DNA of 64,000 nt, from NCBI GenBank assembly GCA_027623195.1, contig JAQBUT010000019.1:1-64000 (forward strand). The letters are read 5' to 3'. A program made the position numbers and the translations under genes. This DNA is from Chloroflexota bacterium (lineage in GTDB: Bacteria > Chloroflexota > Dehalococcoidia > Lucifugimonadales > JADFKI01). The first letter of the stretch is position 1. Each line of letters starts with the position of its first letter. The notes under the pieces were generated by a model. The model searched no databases. It was given only the letters and a program-made list of their open reading frames with translations, and was not told the DNA's origin. This document shows positions 59,897-64,000 of this stretch, piece after piece.

Positions 59897-61027
59897 ATGA
59901 CAACCGAGACCAAAAAAGACCCTATCCTCGTAGTAATTCAGTTGACGGGCGGAAACGACTACGTAAACACTGTCGTCCCATATACCAGTTCGACCTACTA
60001 CGACAACCGAAGCAACCTGGGGGTAGCCCCGGAGGACGTTCTGCCAATTGACGCGGAATTCGGCCTAAACCCTGCCCTGGCGCCCCTCAAAAGGCTCTAC
60101 GACGACGGCAAGGTTGCCATTATTAATGGCATAGGCTATCCCAACCCAAACCGGTCCCACTTTCGCTCTATGGATATCTGGCACACCTGCGAGCCGGACA
60201 AAATCGGTGACGAGGGCTGGCTGGGCCGTGTAATCCGTGATCTCGACCCCAAGCACGAGAACGTGCTCAAGGGCGTTAACTTCGGGCGAGGGCTTCCAAG
60301 GTCCATGTCCCTTACAGGAGTTCCCGTTGCCTCGGTGGCCATGCTGGAGGCTTACGGCATCCTGACCGGTATCCAGGGCGAACCAGACCGTGGAGAGGCG
60401 CTGGACCTCTTTGCCAAGATGTACAGGCCTATGATCGGCTCCGGCCCTGTAATGGAATACATCGGCCAGACAGGACTAGACGCCCTCAAAGGCGCCGACA
60501 TTCTCAAAACAGCGCCAACGTTGTACAACTCCAACGTAGAGTACGCCGATAGCCCCATTGGCCGGAACCTACAGGGTATAGCCAAGGTTCTGCTTTCAGG
60601 CTTCGAAACGCAGGTGTTCTACACCATGCACGGCGGCTACGACACCCACGCAAACCAGGGTCCGTTCCATCCCAAGCTACTGGGTGACCTGTCCCAGGCT
60701 ATATCCGATTTCTACGACGACCTTCGCGAGCATGAGGCGTCGGACAATGTACTGATGTTTGTGTTCACAGAGTTCGGACGCCGCGTGAAAGACAACGGCT
60801 CCGGCACCGACCACGGCGCGGGCGGAGTAGCCTTCGCGGTCGGCGACCCGGTCAAGGGCGGAATGCACAGCGAATATCCGTCCCTGCTTCCCGCAGACCT
60901 TGTGGAGGGCGACCTGGAGTTCAACATAGACTTCCGTGGGGTGTACGGCACTATCGTAGAGAAGTGGTTGGGGCTAGACCCAGTCCCTGTCGTGGGCGGC
61001 CACTTCGAGCAACTAGAGTTCGTATAA
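59897..61027 (+). CDS. DUF1501 family protein
   Basis: QLTGGND, PNRSHFRSMDIW, GGYDTH, EFGRR, GTDHG. Confidence 0.9.
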   Translation: MTTETKKDPILVVIQLTGGNDYVNTVVPYTSSTYYDNRSNLGVAPEDVLPIDAEFGLNPALAPLKRLYDDGKVAIINGIGYPNPNRSHFRSMDIWHTCEPDKIGDEGWLGRVIRDLDPKHENVLKGVNFGRGLPRSMSLTGVPVASVAMLEAYGILTGIQGEPDRGEALDLFAKMYRPMIGSGPVMEYIGQTGLDALKGADILKTAPTLYNSNVEYADSPIGRNLQGIAKVLLSGFETQVFYTMHGGYDTHANQGPFHPKLLGDLSQAISDFYDDLREHEASDNVLMFVFTEFGRRVKDNGSGTDHGAGGVAFAVGDPVKGGMHSEYPSLLPADLVEGDLEFNIDFRGVYGTIVEKWLGLDPVPVVGGHFEQLEFV

Positions 61028-61028
61028 G

Positions 61029-61140
61029 AGTTCTCAGTAGACAGTTCTTAGTTTTTAGTCTGGATTGCTCCCAGAATGGCACGTCCTGATTCCTGAAGAC
61101 TAAAGACCAACTACTCTAAACTAACTACCAAAAACCAAAG
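61029..61140. repeat. Heptamer-periodic inverted array
   Basis: AGTTCTC AGTAGAC AGTTCTT AGTTTTT AGTC ... CCTGATT CCTGAAG ACTAAAG ACCAACT ACTCTAA ACTAACT ACCAAAA ACCAAAG. Confidence 0.75.
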
Positions 61141-61154
61141 GAGCCACCGCTTCT

Positions 61155-62588
61155 ATGACAACCATAGCAACTGATAAGGCGCTTGTAGCTCACCTGCTGC
61201 GCAGGGCAGGTTTCGGCGCAACCTTTCAGGAAATAGATAAGTTCGCAGAGATGGGCTACGAGGAAACCGTAGATTACCTCTTGCATCCTGAGCGTGTCCC
61301 AGACATCGACGAAGACTTGCTGGAACGCTACTACATCGACTGGAAAGAGAGCCGCAACATCGAGGGCGCTCTTGTTGAGACTGTTTACCGCTTCAACGCG
61401 CGCGCGGGCGTCAGGCCGATGCAGGAGAAGATCGCCCTATTCTGGCATCACGTTTTCGCCACAGGCCTTGCCAAGGTGCTGCACGAAAAAACGCTCCTGA
61501 ACCAGATAGACATGTTCCGCGACTATGGACTGGGAAGCTACCGCGACCTGCTTGTCCACCTAGCCAAGGACCCGGCAATGATCTTCTGGCTGGATAACAA
61601 CGTCAACCACAAAGGCGCTATCAACGAGAACTGGGGCCGCGAACTGCTGGAGCTCTTCTCTATGGGCATAGGCATGGACGGCAAAGACAACTACACCGAG
61701 AACGACGTTCAAGAGGTGGCCCGGGCTTTCACTGGCTGGACGATGGACGACGACAACACAGCGTCCATCCCCTTTGGCAAGACTCCATGGCTGTTCAAGT
61801 TCGACGCCGACGACCACGACTACGGCGAGAAGACTGTTCTTGGCGAGACCGGTAACTTCACCGGCGAGGACGTTATCGACATCATCGCGAAGCAGCCCTC
61901 CACGGCGCGTTTCATTTGCCGACACCTGTACAACTTCTTCGTTGCCGACGAGGTGCAAGTGCCTTCGTGGCGGGACACGGCCCCGCTAGACCCTGAGGCT
62001 ATTAGGATCATGGAGGACGCATACTTCGAATCCAACTACGACATACGCTCCATTCTGAAAGTGGTTTTCAACTCCGAGTTTTTCAAGAACGCCCGCTTTC
62101 AGAAGGTGAAGAGCCCCGCCGAGGTAGTGTGCGGAACCATGCACATTGTGGGCAGCTACAAGTTCCCAGATCAGAGGTTCTTTGAGGAGGCCTTGGAATG
62201 CCGCTATATGAACCAGGACCTGCTGAACCCGCCTTCAGTCGAGGGCTGGCACACTGGCAAGGAATGGATCGACAGCGGGAGCCTGGTAGAGCGCATTAAC
62301 TACGTCGCAGACGAGCTAAGCGACACTACCAAGCCAGGCGTTCGGGCTATGGTGGACAATCTGCTGTCGCGACAGTCGGAATTCACCCCCGAAGGGTTAA
62401 TTGAGGGCTGCCTGGAGCTTCTGGGTTACTTCGAATTAAAAGACAAAACACGTTCCGACCTTATCGAGCTGGTCTACCGGGCTGGCGAAATCCGCACCGA
62501 CAATCCGGAGGACCGCATGTTTGCGGAGCAGCTTATGCTTCGCACCCTAAAGATGATTGGCGCCACCCGCGAATATCAGTTTGCATAA
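61155..62588 (+). CDS. DUF1800 family protein
   Basis: HLLRRAGFG, LFWHHVFAT, NENWGRELLELF, ARAFTGW, PPSVEGW. Confidence 0.92.
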   Translation: MTTIATDKALVAHLLRRAGFGATFQEIDKFAEMGYEETVDYLLHPERVPDIDEDLLERYYIDWKESRNIEGALVETVYRFNARAGVRPMQEKIALFWHHVFATGLAKVLHEKTLLNQIDMFRDYGLGSYRDLLVHLAKDPAMIFWLDNNVNHKGAINENWGRELLELFSMGIGMDGKDNYTENDVQEVARAFTGWTMDDDNTASIPFGKTPWLFKFDADDHDYGEKTVLGETGNFTGEDVIDIIAKQPSTARFICRHLYNFFVADEVQVPSWRDTAPLDPEAIRIMEDAYFESNYDIRSILKVVFNSEFFKNARFQKVKSPAEVVCGTMHIVGSYKFPDQRFFEEALECRYMNQDLLNPPSVEGWHTGKEWIDSGSLVERINYVADELSDTTKPGVRAMVDNLLSRQSEFTPEGLIEGCLELLGYFELKDKTRSDLIELVYRAGEIRTDNPEDRMFAEQLMLRTLKMIGATREYQFA

Positions 62589-62590
62589 AC

Positions 62591-62655
62591 AGCTTTTAGC
62601 CGTCAGCTTTTAGCCGCAAATCTAGTAGCTGACCGCTGACTGCTGATAGCTAAGA
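62591..62655. repeat. Heptamer-periodic inverted array
   Basis: AGCTTTT AGCCGTC AGCTTTT AGCCGCA ... GCTGACC GCTGACT GCTGATA GCTAAGA. Confidence 0.75.
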
Positions 62656-62663
62656 GGCTTTTC

Positions 62664-63659
62664 ATGACACTACAAACGATAGGAAATCCGCCTTCTGTAA
62701 AAGGGCATTATGAGTACCACAGCGTTATCGGTGCCCTTGCTGGAAGCGGGCCCGGCTTTAGCGGTCCGGTTTCCCTAGACTTCGGACCGGATGGCAACCT
62801 TTATGTGGCCAGCCGTGGCAACCCCAACCAGCACGAGGCAGTTCGCGTCACCAGGTGCACCAAGGACGGCGAGTACCTGGGCCAGATGCCCGGCTGGGGA
62901 GAAGGCGAAGGCGAGTTCATCTGGATTACAGATATAGCCTTTAACGCCGAGGGCAAGCTATTCGCCACAGAAGAACACACTCATAGAATCAACGTATACG
63001 ACCCAACGGACTTCTCGTTCCTTTACACCTTTGGGGAGCATGGCAGCGGCGAAGGTCAGTTGGACAGGCCGTCAGGCATAGCTTTCGATTCCTGCAACAA
63101 CGTCTTAGTGGTGGACTCGCTTAACAACCGCGTACAGCAGTATAGCGTCGACGGGAAGTTCCTGGGCCAGTGGGGCGAGTTTGGCGACGGTGAGGGCCAG
63201 TTCAATATGCCGTGGGACATCTTCATAGATGGAGACGACAACGTATTTGTCACAGACTGGCGCAACGACCGCGTTCAGAAGCTTACGCGCGATGGCCAAG
63301 TTCTCATGGTGTTCGGTGGTTCGGGTGACGGCGAGGGCCAGTTCAATCGTCCTACTGGCATTGCGACCGATGCCGACGGCGACATATACGTATGCGACTG
63401 GATGAATGATCGTGTGCAGGTCTTCGACGCGCAGGCCAAATACAAGGACACCCTGATCGGCCACGGCGGCGTTTCCAAATGGGCACAGGATTACCTGGAC
63501 GCCAACCCCGAAATCGAGCACAAGCTCAAGCTGGCCGAGCAGAACATCGAACCCAAGCGTCGCTTTTACCGGCCCGTCTCCGTCAAGGTCGACACCGACA
63601 ACAAGGTCTACGTCGCCGACTGCTACCGCCACCGCGTGCAGATCTACCAGAAGGTTTAG
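62664..63659 (+). CDS. NHL-repeat beta-propeller protein
   Basis: Repeated GxGEGQFxxPxGI ... DxxNxRVQ units. Confidence 0.92.
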   Translation: MTLQTIGNPPSVKGHYEYHSVIGALAGSGPGFSGPVSLDFGPDGNLYVASRGNPNQHEAVRVTRCTKDGEYLGQMPGWGEGEGEFIWITDIAFNAEGKLFATEEHTHRINVYDPTDFSFLYTFGEHGSGEGQLDRPSGIAFDSCNNVLVVDSLNNRVQQYSVDGKFLGQWGEFGDGEGQFNMPWDIFIDGDDNVFVTDWRNDRVQKLTRDGQVLMVFGGSGDGEGQFNRPTGIATDADGDIYVCDWMNDRVQVFDAQAKYKDTLIGHGGVSKWAQDYLDANPEIEHKLKLAEQNIEPKRRFYRPVSVKVDTDNKVYVADCYRHRVQIYQKV

Positions 63660-63756
63660 GGCCGCGCAAAACAACTTCGCATAATGCAAACAGGGCGCAC
63701 AATAGTGCGTCCTGTTTGTTTTTCTTTGTGCCTTTACGAGATGTATTCCACGAAAG

Positions 63757-63999
63757 CTACTTTTTCAGTTCATACCTGTAATCTCGCCCCGAGCCCACTT
63801 CCGGCAGAGCGCGCTGTTCGTTGGCCATATACCTGTAACCCTCTGTGGATATCACCGGGGCATCGACTGTCCCGCGTAAGGCTCCTATGCCTTCAACCGA
63901 AAGCTCCACCTCATCGCCCGGTTGAAGGTAGCGCGCCTTCTCGAAGCCCTTGCGCACGGCCTCGCTAATGGAGCCGCCGCCAACCGTGCCGCTGCCAAA
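63757..63999 (-). CDS. FAH-family protein, 3' end (partial)
   Basis: FGSGTVGGGS...YLQPGDEVELSVEGIGAL. Confidence 0.82.
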   Translation of the reverse strand, partial: FGSGTVGGGSISEAVRKGFEKARYLQPGDEVELSVEGIGALRGTVDAPVISTEGYRYMANEQRALPEVGSGRDYRYELKK

Positions 64000-64000
64000 T

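Noticed and set aside
316..63968. Numerous long antisense or overlapping ORFs in the track (e.g. 4838-5647, 7287-8126, 34731-35465, 51626-52462, 53080-53886)
   Set aside because: They lie opposite or within well-supported genes and have no motifs; typical shadow ORFs.
1..64000. Genome-wide UGA reassignment (code 4/25) as the explanation for the in-frame TGAs
   Set aside because: TGA terminates ruvC (2776), the methyltransferase (4172), the MFS gene (16096) and the MetX-like gene (52681) at their expected ends. The three read-through TGAs all fall on catalytic Cys positions.

Overview
Bacterial chromosomal window. The gene repertoire and style suggest Chloroflexota/Dehalococcoidia (SAR202-like); this is an inference only. 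Housekeeping genes: HU 5' end, yebC-ruvC-ruvA, htrA, ftsH, an orphan groEL and a gntK-tal-pgi-gnd pentose-phosphate cluster. Accessory genes: a Gld-like ABC exporter, a cytoplasmic phosphorelay, a peptide-type ABC importer inside a large catabolic gene cluster, and DUF1501/DUF1800/NHL genes. Highlights: (1) Three genes split in the ORF track are single selenoprotein genes: a TlpA/thioredoxin-like lipoprotein (WURAC), a tandem rhodanese (YUQGGIR) and a UGSC-family protein (UGSCTSCC). In each, an in-frame TGA sits at the catalytic Cys position and is followed by a bSECIS-like hairpin whose loop starts 16, 17 or 18 nt after the TGA. (2) An intact tRNA-Asn is flanked by two damaged copies carrying the same 14-nt palindrome TCCGCCGCGGCGGA, around a small GIY-YIG nuclease gene; this is a candidate undescribed selfish nuclease/palindrome system. 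(3) There are dispersed 63-nt REP-like doublets and heptamer-periodic inverted arrays. (4) There are two pseudogene remnants. No CRISPR, rRNA, integrase, transposase or sel machinery genes were seen. All calls come from motif recognition without database searches.
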